Source: Escherichia phage dune
Length of the DNA: 64,000 nucleotides
Strand: one strand, 5' to 3'
Sequence record: MN850636.1
The notes under the pieces were generated by a model, which was not told where the DNA came from, ran no database searches, and saw only the letters and a list, made by a program, of their open reading frames with translations. Of this stretch, positions 45,627 through 53,904 are shown in pieces; the first letter of the stretch is position 1, and every line of letters starts with the position of its first letter. The position numbers were made by a program, and so were the translations under genes.

Positions 45627-47101
45627 TATTTATTTGCCTTATTTGCTGTGCTTGGGTCTTTTGCTGAAGGTGTCTTTGCAGTGCCTTCTCCAGCAGTCTT
45701 ATAACCATCTCCTGAACGGCTTTGGCTATTTGGAGAAAGCTTTTCAGATACTGGCTGAGACTCATCAGCAGGAGGAAGACCAATATGCTCTCTAAGCTTG
45801 TTAGATAGCTCTTTGTCAACTTCCAAAGCACCTACTGCAACAGTCTTCTGAATATAAGAACCAATTGCTTCAAGGTCTGGAGTTTCGATATCATCATATG
45901 TGATTTGTACATGTTCTTCATCATCCCACATATTAAGAGCATAAGTCTGTGCAACTAAATCACGGTTAATTACGTTCTTAATTTGCTTCAGCAGAATATC
46001 TACTGACATTGCTAGTAAGCTTGTCTTAGAATCTGCAAGAGAGAATGAACCATATTTTGACTGACCCATTGCAAGAACATCTGACATAAATGCCATCATA
46101 ATCTGCTTGGAATATCTGTCAATAATAGAACCTGTATCGTATGCTTTAGCACCCTGTCTAGAAACTAATGAGAACTCAAAAATATCCTCTTTAGTATCTG
46201 GGTCGATATATCTAGGCCAGATTAAACCTGCTCTATCATTAGCAATCATATCGTTCACAACAGTTTTGCAGTATTGTACGAATGCTTTCTTTTCAGGTTC
46301 TGCATTTTCATCCAGATAGTCTGGTGGTAAACCAATCTTCGGCATACCTACCAAGTCCCTTGAAACACCAACAGCTTCGTACTCTTCAATCTGAACTTTA
46401 TACTTCCACGGTACATAAGCATTAAGTAATGGTGAACGACCTTCTGGGTTTCCATATTCATCGTCATACTTAAACAGCATGAATTTAGCTCGTGGAAGTT
46501 TTCTTGTCAGTGGTCTTTCTCCGAGATTAATTGCTCCAGCAATATGTGAAACATTTCTCAGATTCTGTCTAACACCAGTAACTTTTCTAAAGTCTTCGTC
46601 AAAGTACCACTTATCAAGCGTTGACTGATTTCTGATTGGTAATTTAGCCCATCCAATTAGACCATCATCAAATTTTGACTGGTACTTTCCTTTCTTACCC
46701 TGACGTTTCTTATAAACTTTCTCGTTAACACAGAACCCATAAGTGCAGAATGACATTACAGAGTTAATAAAATCTGCCCAATCATGCTCCATGTCATCCA
46801 TTAAAGAATTAAAGAAGTCTGCTCTTTCAAGCATTTTAGGGTCTTGCTCTTTTCCCTTTGGAGGTACGAATCTCCAGTTGACTTTTCTGACAAACATCTT
46901 AATAATATTTACAGATGCTGCTACAGCAGGGTCACGCATCATTAATTGGAAAGTTTTAATACTTTCAGGGAACCTTAGTGCCTGACGAGGTTCTTCATAG
47001 ATTCTACCATTCTTAACCTTCAGACCCAAAGAACCTACTTCACCCATTCTGAATGGTGGTAAGCTTTCTTGTGTTTCTGTAATATCTGCCATTCTTCTCA
47101 C
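45626..47101 (-). CDS. Portal protein
   Basis: 491 aa directly downstream of terminase large subunit. Confidence 0.7.
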   Translation of the reverse strand: MRRMADITETQESLPPFRMGEVGSLGLKVKNGRIYEEPRQALRFPESIKTFQLMMRDPAVAASVNIIKMFVRKVNWRFVPPKGKEQDPKMLERADFFNSLMDDMEHDWADFINSVMSFCTYGFCVNEKVYKKRQGKKGKYQSKFDDGLIGWAKLPIRNQSTLDKWYFDEDFRKVTGVRQNLRNVSHIAGAINLGERPLTRKLPRAKFMLFKYDDEYGNPEGRSPLLNAYVPWKYKVQIEEYEAVGVSRDLVGMPKIGLPPDYLDENAEPEKKAFVQYCKTVVNDMIANDRAGLIWPRYIDPDTKEDIFEFSLVSRQGAKAYDTGSIIDRYSKQIMMAFMSDVLAMGQSKYGSFSLADSKTSLLAMSVDILLKQIKNVINRDLVAQTYALNMWDDEEHVQITYDDIETPDLEAIGSYIQKTVAVGALEVDKELSNKLREHIGLPPADESQPVSEKLSPNSQSRSGDGYKTAGEGTAKTPSAKDPSTANKANK

Positions 47102-47108
47102 CTAGCTA

Positions 47109-48710
47109 TCAACGTCTAAGCCCCTCATATGGGTTTCCTCTCACTAAGTCTGTGTGAGCACCCATTGATGGTGGCTTGAATAATTTAACTTCGTTAAGAC
47201 TGTTGAAAGCATCACTGGTAGCATCAACTTGGTCATCTTTAGTTTTGCCATCACCACAAAAGCCTTCAAGCTCTTGGAAATAAGCTTCGTTCCAACTACC
47301 TCTCAAAACTTTTACAAGTCCAGCTTCAGAAGCAGCAGAAAACCCCGCAAATCGGGTAACTTTATCTTTATTTGTTGGTTTAGCTCTTGCACGATAGCCT
47401 TTCTCGGCAAGTTTCCTGATGAGGGATGTTGCGTAGGATTTACCAGCAGCGCCTGGGTCTTGAGGGATAAAAATACCAGTTCGCTTACCGTCACTTTCAG
47501 CAGTCAAATTAATTTGTGTTTCGACTCCAGAGGGTCTATCTCTAAATCTTACTACATCAATGATATAATAGCAACCGTCTTTTTTAGATTTACCCATCTT
47601 AACACCTGCTGTCCAGTCTGGATTAGGGTTAATTTCAGATGGTAAAGTTGCTGCTAAGTCCCATGCTCTAACATCAAATACATCCTCTGGGAGTGAATCA
47701 ACAATTTCACACCATTGTCTTTGCCAATAGTTTGAACCTTCTGCACGAGCCTTCCAGTTACCGAAACGAAGTCTTGCAACGTTTACAGGGGTGTTGTTTT
47801 CCAACTTACCACGGTACTTAGGTTCTAAGAAGTCAAGAATTGGGTTATCATCAATCGTACCAGAGATGAAGGTGTATGTTTGAGGAATCTCAAGAGGGAA
47901 CATTTCAAGAATCTTGTCTCTCTCCCAATCAGAAACCATCACACCATCATTCATTACATACCAACGAATACGACCACACTTTTCAGGGTCTGGATAGCCT
48001 TCTTCGTCTAAGAATGGTTCTACCCAATCATAAATAAAGTGGTCTCTGTCTGGGTTCATGGAAATCTTCATGTATGAATCACCTTCAGCGCCAGAACGTA
48101 GACGGGTTTGTAGGTATGAAATCTGTGAAGCAGAGAAGTGTGTACCTTCGTCAAAGTAAATAGCTGAGTATTCAATACCCTGATGACCTTCAGCGTGCTT
48201 TTCAAGTTCTAGATAGGTAAACTTGATAGTCGCCCCAGAAGGGAATGTGATAGTCATTTTCTGCTCATGAGGAATCCCACCAAACTTACCAAATAGTTTC
48301 TTTGCAGCAGGCCATAAACCACCTTGTAACTGTGTTGTATTTCGACGGAAATATACAGCATTATAGTTAGGGTCTTCAATAAATCTTAAAGAGTCCATTA
48401 ACAATGCAGCAGTTTTACCAGCACCAGCAGCACCACCATAAAGAACCAAGTCAGCATTAGTGTTTAAAAAGACCTCTTGAGAACCCGGTTGAGGGGCTAC
48501 ATAGTTCTTATCAGTCATCAATTTAAAGATAAGGCGAACTTGGTCTGGTGTGTATCTTAATAAAGTCAGAATTTGAGTTGGAAGGAATTTAGAGGGGTCT
48601 TTACCGAATGATTTGATAATTTCTTTTACTTCATCAGAAAGCCCCAACTCTCCAGCTAGGACTTTCCTAACATCTTCCACTCGCTTCTGCTTAACAGCAT
48701 TTAAGTCCAT
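47109..48710 (-). CDS. Terminase large subunit
   Basis: Walker A VLYGGAAGAGKT; C-terminal nuclease-like region; ATG 48710 with GGAGGTG RBS (track start 48725 is TTG). Confidence 0.88.
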   Translation of the reverse strand: MDLNAVKQKRVEDVRKVLAGELGLSDEVKEIIKSFGKDPSKFLPTQILTLLRYTPDQVRLIFKLMTDKNYVAPQPGSQEVFLNTNADLVLYGGAAGAGKTAALLMDSLRFIEDPNYNAVYFRRNTTQLQGGLWPAAKKLFGKFGGIPHEQKMTITFPSGATIKFTYLELEKHAEGHQGIEYSAIYFDEGTHFSASQISYLQTRLRSGAEGDSYMKISMNPDRDHFIYDWVEPFLDEEGYPDPEKCGRIRWYVMNDGVMVSDWERDKILEMFPLEIPQTYTFISGTIDDNPILDFLEPKYRGKLENNTPVNVARLRFGNWKARAEGSNYWQRQWCEIVDSLPEDVFDVRAWDLAATLPSEINPNPDWTAGVKMGKSKKDGCYYIIDVVRFRDRPSGVETQINLTAESDGKRTGIFIPQDPGAAGKSYATSLIRKLAEKGYRARAKPTNKDKVTRFAGFSAASEAGLVKVLRGSWNEAYFQELEGFCGDGKTKDDQVDATSDAFNSLNEVKLFKPPSMGAHTDLVRGNPYEGLRR

Positions 48711-48731
48711 TAAGCACCTCCGCAAATAGAA

Positions 48732-48932
48732 TTATTCAGAGTCTGTAGCAGTCTCTTCTTTCTTAACTTCGAACTTTGCATCAACAGCATCAAGAAGTGC
48801 ATCCATAGAGGCTTCTTTGATATCAATACCTGTTGCTACAGATAATCTATCTGCAATTGCCATGATAGTGTTCTGCATAAATTCTAGCTTTTTGTTAGCT
48901 TCATAAAGTTCTTTATAAACGGCCTCACTCAT
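48732..48932 (-). CDS. Small hypothetical protein (66 aa) upstream of terminase
   Basis: ORF track. Confidence 0.4.
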   Translation of the reverse strand: MSEAVYKELYEANKKLEFMQNTIMAIADRLSVATGIDIKEASMDALLDAVDAKFEVKKEETATDSE

Positions 48933-49062
48933 TATGTTTTCTCCAAATAATTAACCATGTTTCTCCTTAAAAAAGACGGCACAGAGACCGTCAAGGAGAA
49001 ACCACAATGTACGTCAGAGACATACTGTATAAGCCTTCTTATAAAGTATAACTCTGTAAAAA

Positions 49063-49125
49063 AGCCCTGTCTAAAAATACTCTTCGGTAGCGAAAGGAAG
49101 AATACTTATAGCAGGGCATTATTAT
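49063..49125 (-). terminator. Candidate terminator of tRNA operon
   Basis: GCCCTG/CAGGGC outer stem enclosing TCTTC/GAAGA inner stem, followed by U6 on minus strand. Confidence 0.4.
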
Positions 49126-49154
49126 TATTTTAATTGAGAGAGAGTAAAATAACT

Positions 49155-49230
49155 TGGAGAATCCGAAGGGACTCGAACCCTTATAAACCTGTTTTGCAGA
49201 CAGGCACATATCCATTTCTGTCACGGATTC
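49155..49230 (-). tRNA. tRNA-Cys (anticodon GCA)
   Basis: Hand-folded cloverleaf: 7-bp acceptor, T-arm aaggg-TTCGAGT-ccctt, anticodon loop cuGCAaa, CCA encoded. Confidence 0.75.
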
Positions 49231-49234
49231 AAAT

Positions 49235-49327
49235 TGGAGGAAGATACCAGACTTGAACTGGTACACCGATTTCTCAGCTACTGGCAGTTTAGCAAACTGC
49301 TCCCTTACCTTTTAGGGTTAATCTTCC
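49235..49327 (-). tRNA. tRNA-Ser (anticodon GCT), long variable arm
   Basis: 93 nt, 7-bp acceptor, anticodon loop uuGCUaa. Confidence 0.7.
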
Positions 49328-49328
49328 A

Positions 49329-50063
49329 TTATTTCTGTAATGCGCTCTTCATTTCTGGTGTTGCAATAGTGTCAATCACACCAGTTTTACAAGCATCGTC
49401 AAACCAGTCTGGTAAGATACCTGCTAAGAACCCATTGATATTCGTTTTAAGGTACTCTGCAATAAGGGCAGCTTCTTCTTCAATCATCTGCACAACTTCA
49501 TCTGCATAAGCTGTAATCTTTGAAATACCTTCATTAATCTTACTGACAGCTTGGTTAGCTAAATCAGAAACAGTATCAAGACCCTTATCAATAGCATCTT
49601 GTAAGTCACTTAACACACCATTAACACTATCTAGTGTACTGTTCATCATGTCAATAGCTTTTTGACCATACTCTGTAGCAACACCCATGATACCACTGAA
49701 TGGTGTACAACCAACTTGTTCTCCTGCTGCACCCATAACATTGGAATACCCCTTTGCTACCTGCATACGTGATGAAAACTCATCAATAGATTTTTGACCG
49801 TAGTCTGTCAGAGTTTTAGTAGTTGCTGTAGTGCTTGTAAGGCTTGTTGTAAAGCTGTTTAGAAGGACTGTTGTAAGTCCAGCAGCAACAAGTTTCTCCT
49901 TCATTGTAGGGTCTGTTACAGAACTAATAGAGCTTACAAGTGATGTAGAAGCAGCTACGGTTCCACCGAGAACTGCTGCACCAGTAATAAGCGGGTTAGA
50001 GAACCCTTTACCAGTTTTTAAGAGATTAAAAATCTCCTTACCTTGTTCTGTCATCTCTTTCAT
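49329..50063 (-). CDS. Hypothetical protein (~244 aa) embedded in tRNA array
   Basis: ORF track; ATG 50063 after AAAGGTG RBS avoids overlap with tRNA-Phe. Confidence 0.5.
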   Translation of the reverse strand: MKEMTEQGKEIFNLLKTGKGFSNPLITGAAVLGGTVAASTSLVSSISSVTDPTMKEKLVAAGLTTVLLNSFTTSLTSTTATTKTLTDYGQKSIDEFSSRMQVAKGYSNVMGAAGEQVGCTPFSGIMGVATEYGQKAIDMMNSTLDSVNGVLSDLQDAIDKGLDTVSDLANQAVSKINEGISKITAYADEVVQMIEEEAALIAEYLKTNINGFLAGILPDWFDDACKTGVIDTIATPEMKSALQK

Positions 50064-50079
50064 TAAGCACCTTTGAAAT

Positions 50080-50156
50080 TGGTAGCCCAGTGGGATTTGA
50101 ACCCTCTTCTCATGTTTTTCAGACACGCGCTTTAACCATATAAGCTACTTGGACTA
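50080..50156 (-). tRNA. tRNA-Phe (anticodon GAA)
   Basis: Anticodon loop cuGAAaa; acceptor with one G-U. Confidence 0.6.
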
Positions 50157-50161
50157 TAAAT

Positions 50162-50237
50162 TGGGGTGACCTACGGGAGTCGAACCCGTATAGACCATGT
50201 TCACAGCATGGGTCATTACCATTTATGATAAGGCCAC
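50162..50237 (-). tRNA. tRNA-His (anticodon GTG)
   Basis: Anticodon loop cuGUGaa; perfect anticodon stem. Confidence 0.7.
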
Positions 50238-50267
50238 ATTTAAGGACTCTCGTAAGAACCCTTAGAA

Positions 50268-50344
50268 GTGGCAGCGGCATAAGGATTTGAACCTTAATCG
50301 GACAGCTTCAGAGACTGTTGCATTGCCAGTTATGCTATACCGCT
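50268..50344 (-). tRNA. tRNA-Gln (anticodon CTG)
   Basis: Anticodon loop cuCUGaa. Confidence 0.65.
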
Positions 50345-50349
50345 AAATT

Positions 50350-50429
50350 TGGTACTCCATATCGGATTCGAACCGATACATAACACAGATTTTAAGTCTG
50401 GCCTCTCTGCCAATTGGAGTAATGGAGCA
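50350..50429 (-). tRNA. tRNA with Leu anticodon TAA, short (~7 nt) variable loop
   Basis: Acceptor and T-arm good; anticodon loop cuUAAaa with 4-bp stem; 80 nt. Confidence 0.5.
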
Positions 50430-50430
50430 T

Positions 50431-50506
50431 TGGCGGGGGATGTTGGAATTGAACCAACTTCTTCGATTTCAAAGACCGAGGTTTTAACCTTGTAAACTAA
50501 TCCCCT
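50431..50506 (-). tRNA. tRNA-Gln (anticodon TTG)
   Basis: Anticodon loop cuUUGaa; D-stem guuu/aaac. Confidence 0.7.
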
Positions 50507-50514
50507 TTAAATCT

Positions 50515-51072
50515 TTACTTTCTCAGTGGATGAATAAAGAATGCCAACATAACTCTTTCCCTTGAGAATGCTCTTTCTTCTGGGACAACACTTTTAAGTT
50601 TCCATCCAACATAAATTCTCCAGTAAAACTGTTTACCAAAGACTTTAATTGACGGAATAAAAGCGAATAATCCCCAAGCATTGTTGTTCCACATTAGGAG
50701 ATAACCTGTCTGATTATCTTCAGGGTCAGAACTTACGTTGATATTACCTTTCCACTTAGTAACATCTTTTACATCTCTTCCTAATACATGGTAAGAGAAG
50801 TTATAAGCTTTGTTTCTCCAGAGCCATCCGACTCTCTGCATGTAGACACCCAGCTTACCAATCTTTCTAATCTTAGCCCATCTTTTAACGTGGCCTTCAT
50901 CACCATCAATTGGGTTGTCATAGGTCTCCATCCATCTGAATCCAAAAGGTAGATGTCCTTTCTTCTCACTGTAGAATGGAACTACGAAAGGTGCTAAGAT
51001 GACTGCTAGGGTTGCTGCAAATGGTTCTAGTAAAGCTAAGAAAATCCATGAAGCGTACTTCAAATATCTCAT
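50515..51072 (-). CDS. Hypothetical membrane protein (185 aa) embedded in tRNA array
   Basis: ORF track; N-terminal hydrophobic helix; flanked by tRNAs. Confidence 0.5.
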   Translation of the reverse strand: MRYLKYASWIFLALLEPFAATLAVILAPFVVPFYSEKKGHLPFGFRWMETYDNPIDGDEGHVKRWAKIRKIGKLGVYMQRVGWLWRNKAYNFSYHVLGRDVKDVTKWKGNINVSSDPEDNQTGYLLMWNNNAWGLFAFIPSIKVFGKQFYWRIYVGWKLKSVVPEERAFSRERVMLAFFIHPLRK

Positions 51073-51081
51073 TAAATAGCC

Positions 51082-51159
51082 TCTTTAAATTGGTGTTCCA
51101 AGACGGATTCGAACCGTCACTAATACAAGGTTTGAGCTTGCATCCTCTGCCAATTGGGA
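51082..51159 (-). tRNA. tRNA with Leu anticodon CAA, short variable loop
   Basis: Perfect acceptor, T-arm gacgg-TTCGAAT-ccgtc, anticodon loop cuCAAac, A73; 78 nt. Confidence 0.55.
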
Positions 51160-51161
51160 TA

Positions 51162-51235
51162 CTGGAACATGGTACTCACTAAAGGACTTGAACCTTTTTC
51201 TTCATCTTGTAAGGGTGGTGTTTTACCATATAAAC
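51162..51235 (-). tRNA. tRNA, probably Val (anticodon TAC); weak anticodon stem
   Basis: Acceptor, D- and T-arms fold; loop cuUACaa. Confidence 0.45.
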
Positions 51236-51244
51236 TAAGCGAGT

Positions 51245-51300
51245 GTGAAAGAGGTCTGAAGTTGTGCCGCTAACTCAACTCCGTGGAATTTGTTACGGTC
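51245..51300 (-). repeat. Member of GGTCTTC-motif structured repeat family (CTGAAG...CTTCAG stem)
   Basis: Shares ACGGTCTTCAG 3' motif with 53148-53812 copies. Confidence 0.4.
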
Positions 51301-51339
51301 TTCAGTTGACACCAGCGGTCTTTCACTTGACCTCTGAAT

Positions 51340-51415
51340 TGGTGCTCCCACAAGGATTCGAACCCTGATAAGTTGCTTACAAGGCAACCGTAATAGCCAA
51401 TTATACGATAGGAGC
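51340..51415 (-). tRNA. tRNA-Thr (anticodon TGT)
   Basis: Anticodon loop cuUGUaa, perfect anticodon stem. Confidence 0.7.
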
Positions 51416-51422
51416 ATTAATT

Positions 51423-51497
51423 TGGAGCATCCAGAGGGAATCGAACCCTCAACCTCAGTTTGGAAGACTGTAATTTTCCCGTTTAAACTATGGATGC
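51423..51497 (-). tRNA. tRNA-Gly (anticodon TCC)
   Basis: Anticodon loop cuUCCaa; perfect acceptor and T-arm. Confidence 0.7.
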
Positions 51498-51503
51498 ACT
51501 AAT

Positions 51504-51578
51504 TGGTGGAGTCACTGAGAATTGAACTCAGTTCCCAAGTTTGCAAAACTCGAATTTTAACCATATAAACTATGACCC
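51504..51578 (-). tRNA. tRNA-Ala (anticodon TGC)
   Basis: Anticodon loop uuUGCaa; G3:U70 pair in acceptor stem (alanine identity element). Confidence 0.8.
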
Positions 51579-51584
51579 CATTTT

Positions 51585-51660
51585 TGGTACAGGTGGAGGG
51601 AATTGAACCCATCGTCTTACTGATTAAGAGTCAGCCGCATAACCATTTTGCTACACCTGC
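51585..51660 (-). tRNA. tRNA-Lys (anticodon CTT)
   Basis: Anticodon loop cuCUUaa; paralog of 52809-52884. Confidence 0.6.
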
Positions 51661-51667
51661 ATTAATT

Positions 51668-51745
51668 TGGTAGGAGACAAGGGATTCGAACCCTCAAACA
51701 CCAACTTCTAAGGATGGTAGGTTTACCAATTACCGTCAATCTCCC
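51668..51745 (-). tRNA. tRNA with Leu anticodon TAG, short variable loop
   Basis: Anticodon loop cuUAGaa; acceptor 7 bp incl. 2 G-U; A73. Confidence 0.5.
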
Positions 51746-52001
51746 ATTAAATCTTTTTAGAGAACTTCTAAGAACCTGAGCAACAAGGTTCCACAACAAG
51801 CGACTAATAACCTTAGAAGCCCTCTAAAAAGACCTAAATAGGTCTTTGCATAGTCTTGTTTAATCCGGTGACTAGAACCTTTGGAGAGCTTGATATTATC
51901 TCTTCTCCGTGACACCTACTAGGTGCTTTGACAGTGTACGACAATACACGAGGGATAAACCGACAATGCGAACAAGCATGGACGGAGTAAATCTTATTAG
52001 G

Positions 52002-52089
52002 CGGTAAGTAAAGGAGTCGAACCCTCACCGTATCTCTACAGTGGCAACAGTTTTCAAGACTGTTTGGCTGCCATTAGCCGCTACCTACC
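52002..52089 (-). tRNA. tRNA-Ser (anticodon TGA), long variable arm
   Basis: 88 nt; perfect anticodon stem acagu/acugu, loop cuUGAaa. Confidence 0.7.
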
Positions 52090-52102
52090 CCTAATAAGAC
52101 TT

Positions 52103-52185
52103 TGGCATGGGACGGAGGAGTTGAACCCCTTTGAAACGGTTTTGGAGGCCGTTGCTCATGCCTTAGAGTCTTAACATCGTCCCAT
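52103..52185 (-). tRNA. tRNA-like, possibly Trp (anticodon CCA), enlarged D region
   Basis: Perfect 7-bp acceptor, T-arm, loop cuCCAaa; atypical 83 nt. Confidence 0.45.
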
Positions 52186-52327
52186 ATTATAATTCGAAGC
52201 TTACCCTGTTATCTCAACACTGTCAAGCTTCTTCTCAGATTATTTACATGTTCTGGAAAACATGAGATACAGACCACCTCCCTACAGGAAGACCCGCTAA
52301 GGCCGTCTAAGTAATCTGCTAACTATT

Positions 52328-52403
52328 TGGTACACCCTACAGGATTCGAACCTGTAACTAACGATTTAGAAGACCGTTGCTCTATCCAATTGAACTAAGG
52401 GTG
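52328..52403 (-). tRNA. tRNA-Arg (anticodon TCT)
   Basis: Anticodon loop cuUCUaa; perfect T-arm. Confidence 0.7.
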
Positions 52404-52650
52404 CATTATCTTTAAAGACTCTCTTAGAAAGCCCTTAAAGATGCCCACCTTATTAATCATACCGTGGGCGAGTACGCCAAATTCTTTGATGAGGGATTGG
52501 AAGACCTCACTGGTGTTTAGCCTATCAAGCTACTGCCAGAAAAACATTGTCGTTTGCATTTATTTTAAATTTGCAAAATAGACGCTACGCAACGAAAACT
52601 AAGGTTACTATAAAGTAGTCACATCTCAATGTCAACAACTTTATTGAAAT

Positions 52651-52726
52651 TGGTACTGGTAGGTGGAATCGAACCACCGATGTTCCCTTATCAGGGGAGT
52701 GTTATAACCTTCTTAACTATACCAGC
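52651..52726 (-). tRNA. tRNA-Ile (anticodon GAT)
   Basis: Anticodon loop cuGAUaa. Confidence 0.65.
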
Positions 52727-52727
52727 T

Positions 52728-52804
52728 TGGAGGTTCAGATGGGAATCGAACCCACATTCATAGGGCTTATGAGACCCTTGCATTACCTTATCTGCGACTG
52801 AACC
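52728..52804 (-). tRNA. tRNA-Met (anticodon CAT)
   Basis: Anticodon loop cuCAUaa; perfect acceptor. Confidence 0.65.
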
Positions 52805-52808
52805 ATAT

Positions 52809-52884
52809 TGGTAGAAGTGGAGGGATTCGAACCCATCGCCTGTCAGATTAAAAGTCTGCCGCATCACCATTCTGCTACACTTCC
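52809..52884 (-). tRNA. tRNA-Lys (anticodon TTT)
   Basis: Anticodon loop cuUUUaa. Confidence 0.6.
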
Positions 52885-52892
52885 ATTAAATT

Positions 52893-53020
52893 ATCTTTGT
52901 AGATAAGCTACCCAGACTTGCTTAAGGTCTGTAGCGATGTGCCTTTTTTGGGTTTAAATCTAGAATTTACCCATTCACCCTTTGTGGTCGCATACTCACA
53001 AGTAAGCTTAATAACTTATC
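52893..53020. repeat. Structured tRNA-free element bounded by perfect 13-bp inverted repeat CTTTGTAGATAAG / CTTATCTACAAAG
   Basis: Inverted repeat at 52895-52907 and 53006-53018 enclosing CAGAC/GTCTG hairpin. Confidence 0.5.
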
Positions 53021-53085
53021 TACAAAGGTAATTACCAGACCGTTGTTTATCATCTTAAGTGCTACCATTACACCAACTCGACATC

Positions 53086-53160
53086 TGCCGAGTGAAGGAA
53101 TCGAACCTTCGCCTTTTCTTTACCAGAGAAATAGATTGTTTAAGTTTTGCTGTAAACGGC
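53086..53160 (-). pseudogene. Degenerate tRNA-like gene (Thr-like, anticodon GGT) with weak acceptor stem
   Basis: Perfect T-arm (gaagg-TTCGATT-ccttc) and anticodon arm (uuucu-cuGGUaa-agaaa) but only 5/7 acceptor pairs and poor D-arm. Confidence 0.4.
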
Positions 53161-53169
53161 CTTCTGTAA

Positions 53170-53250
53170 ATTTGTTGAGCCAGACCAAGTTTTAAATTTT
53201 CAAAATTAAATTGGCTTGAAAATATCATACGTTCTTGCTGAATTTGGTCT
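53170..53250 (-). ncRNA. Structured repeat element copy 1 (AGACCAA...TTGGTCT stem; conserved TTGCTGAAtttGGTCTTCTG)
   Basis: 7-bp terminal stem; shared 30-nt motif with copies at 53584 and 53738. Confidence 0.45.
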
Positions 53251-53321
53251 TCTGCTCCTTTAAAGAATACTCGTAAGAACTCTTTAAGGGAGGGGCTAAA
53301 TAGCCCTCTCAAAATTGGCGG

Positions 53322-53398
53322 CTACGATGAGACTTGAACTCACATCATCTCCCGTGACAGGGGAGTATTTTCTCCAGTTAAACTACATAGCCTTTATT
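53322..53398 (-). tRNA. tRNA-Asp (anticodon GTC)
   Basis: Perfect anticodon stem cuccc/gggag, loop cuGUCac. Confidence 0.7.
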
Positions 53399-53403
53399 GG
53401 TGT

Positions 53404-53491
53404 GCCGTGTAGGAGTCGAACCTACCGAGTCTCAATGACAAGGGATTTACAGTCCCCACCGCTACCATCTACGGGATAACGACACATTTAA
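53404..53491 (-). tRNA. tRNA-Tyr (anticodon GTA), long variable arm
   Basis: 88 nt; loop cuGUAaa; perfect T-arm. Confidence 0.65.
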
Positions 53492-53499
53492 TTTGGCGG

Positions 53500-53576
53500 T
53501 TAGTCAGGGATTCGAACCCTGTGCCATTCGCTTAACAGGCGACCGCACATACCTTATGTGCTTCCTAACCTTAATA
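53500..53576 (-). tRNA. tRNA-Asn (anticodon GTT)
   Basis: Anticodon loop cuGUUaa; perfect T-arm caggg/ccctg. Confidence 0.65.
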
Positions 53577-53583
53577 CATTGCC

Positions 53584-53646
53584 AGACCGTGTTTTTTCTT
53601 TTATCCGCAAAAAAGTATTTTGTTGCTGAATACGGTCTTCTGCAAA
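53584..53646 (-). ncRNA. Structured repeat element copy 2 (AGACCGT...ACGGTCT stem)
   Basis: Stem carries compensatory AA/TT -> GT/AC change relative to copies 1 and 3. Confidence 0.45.
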
Positions 53647-53648
53647 AT

Positions 53649-53725
53649 TGGAGGCGGGTGCAGGAGTCGAACCTGCCGATACCATGCTAATGAGACATGT
53701 GAGACGCCCTTTCTCTATACCCGCA
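53649..53725 (-). tRNA. tRNA with anticodon CAT (second Met-type; initiator or Ile2 possible)
   Basis: Loop cuCAUua; U1:C72 mismatch at top of acceptor stem. Confidence 0.55.
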
Positions 53726-53737
53726 ATTCTTAATGAC

Positions 53738-53812
53738 CAGACCAAATCTCTTCTTTGTCCGATTTACCTTCAGATGAATAAGATTAAGTTTGCTGTAATT
53801 GGTCTTCTGTCA
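53738..53812 (-). ncRNA. Structured repeat element copy 3 (AGACCAA...TTGGTCT stem)
   Basis: 7-bp terminal stem, conserved TTGCTGTAATTGGTCTTCTG. Confidence 0.45.
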
Positions 53813-53819
53813 AAACTGG

Positions 53820-53897
53820 CGTTCCAGAAGGGATTTGAACCCTCAGATATCCACTTTGAAAGAGTGGTGACTATACCATTTTGTCTACTGGAACATT
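53820..53897 (-). tRNA. tRNA-Glu (anticodon TTC)
   Basis: Perfect acceptor and anticodon stem ccacu/agugg, loop cuUUCaa. Confidence 0.7.
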
Positions 53898-53904
53898 AAT
53901 TTGG

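Noticed and set aside
53497-53660. tRNA with an intron spanning the repeat element
   Set aside because: The flanking tRNAs fold completely on their own (acceptor stems close at 53576 and 53649); the element is intergenic
49039-53899. Track ORFs 49039-49266, 49234-49509, 51235-51417, 51834-52028, 53055-53312, 53493-53690, 53554-53745, 53648-53899
   Set aside because: They overlap hand-folded tRNAs or structured repeats and lack RBS; most likely non-coding
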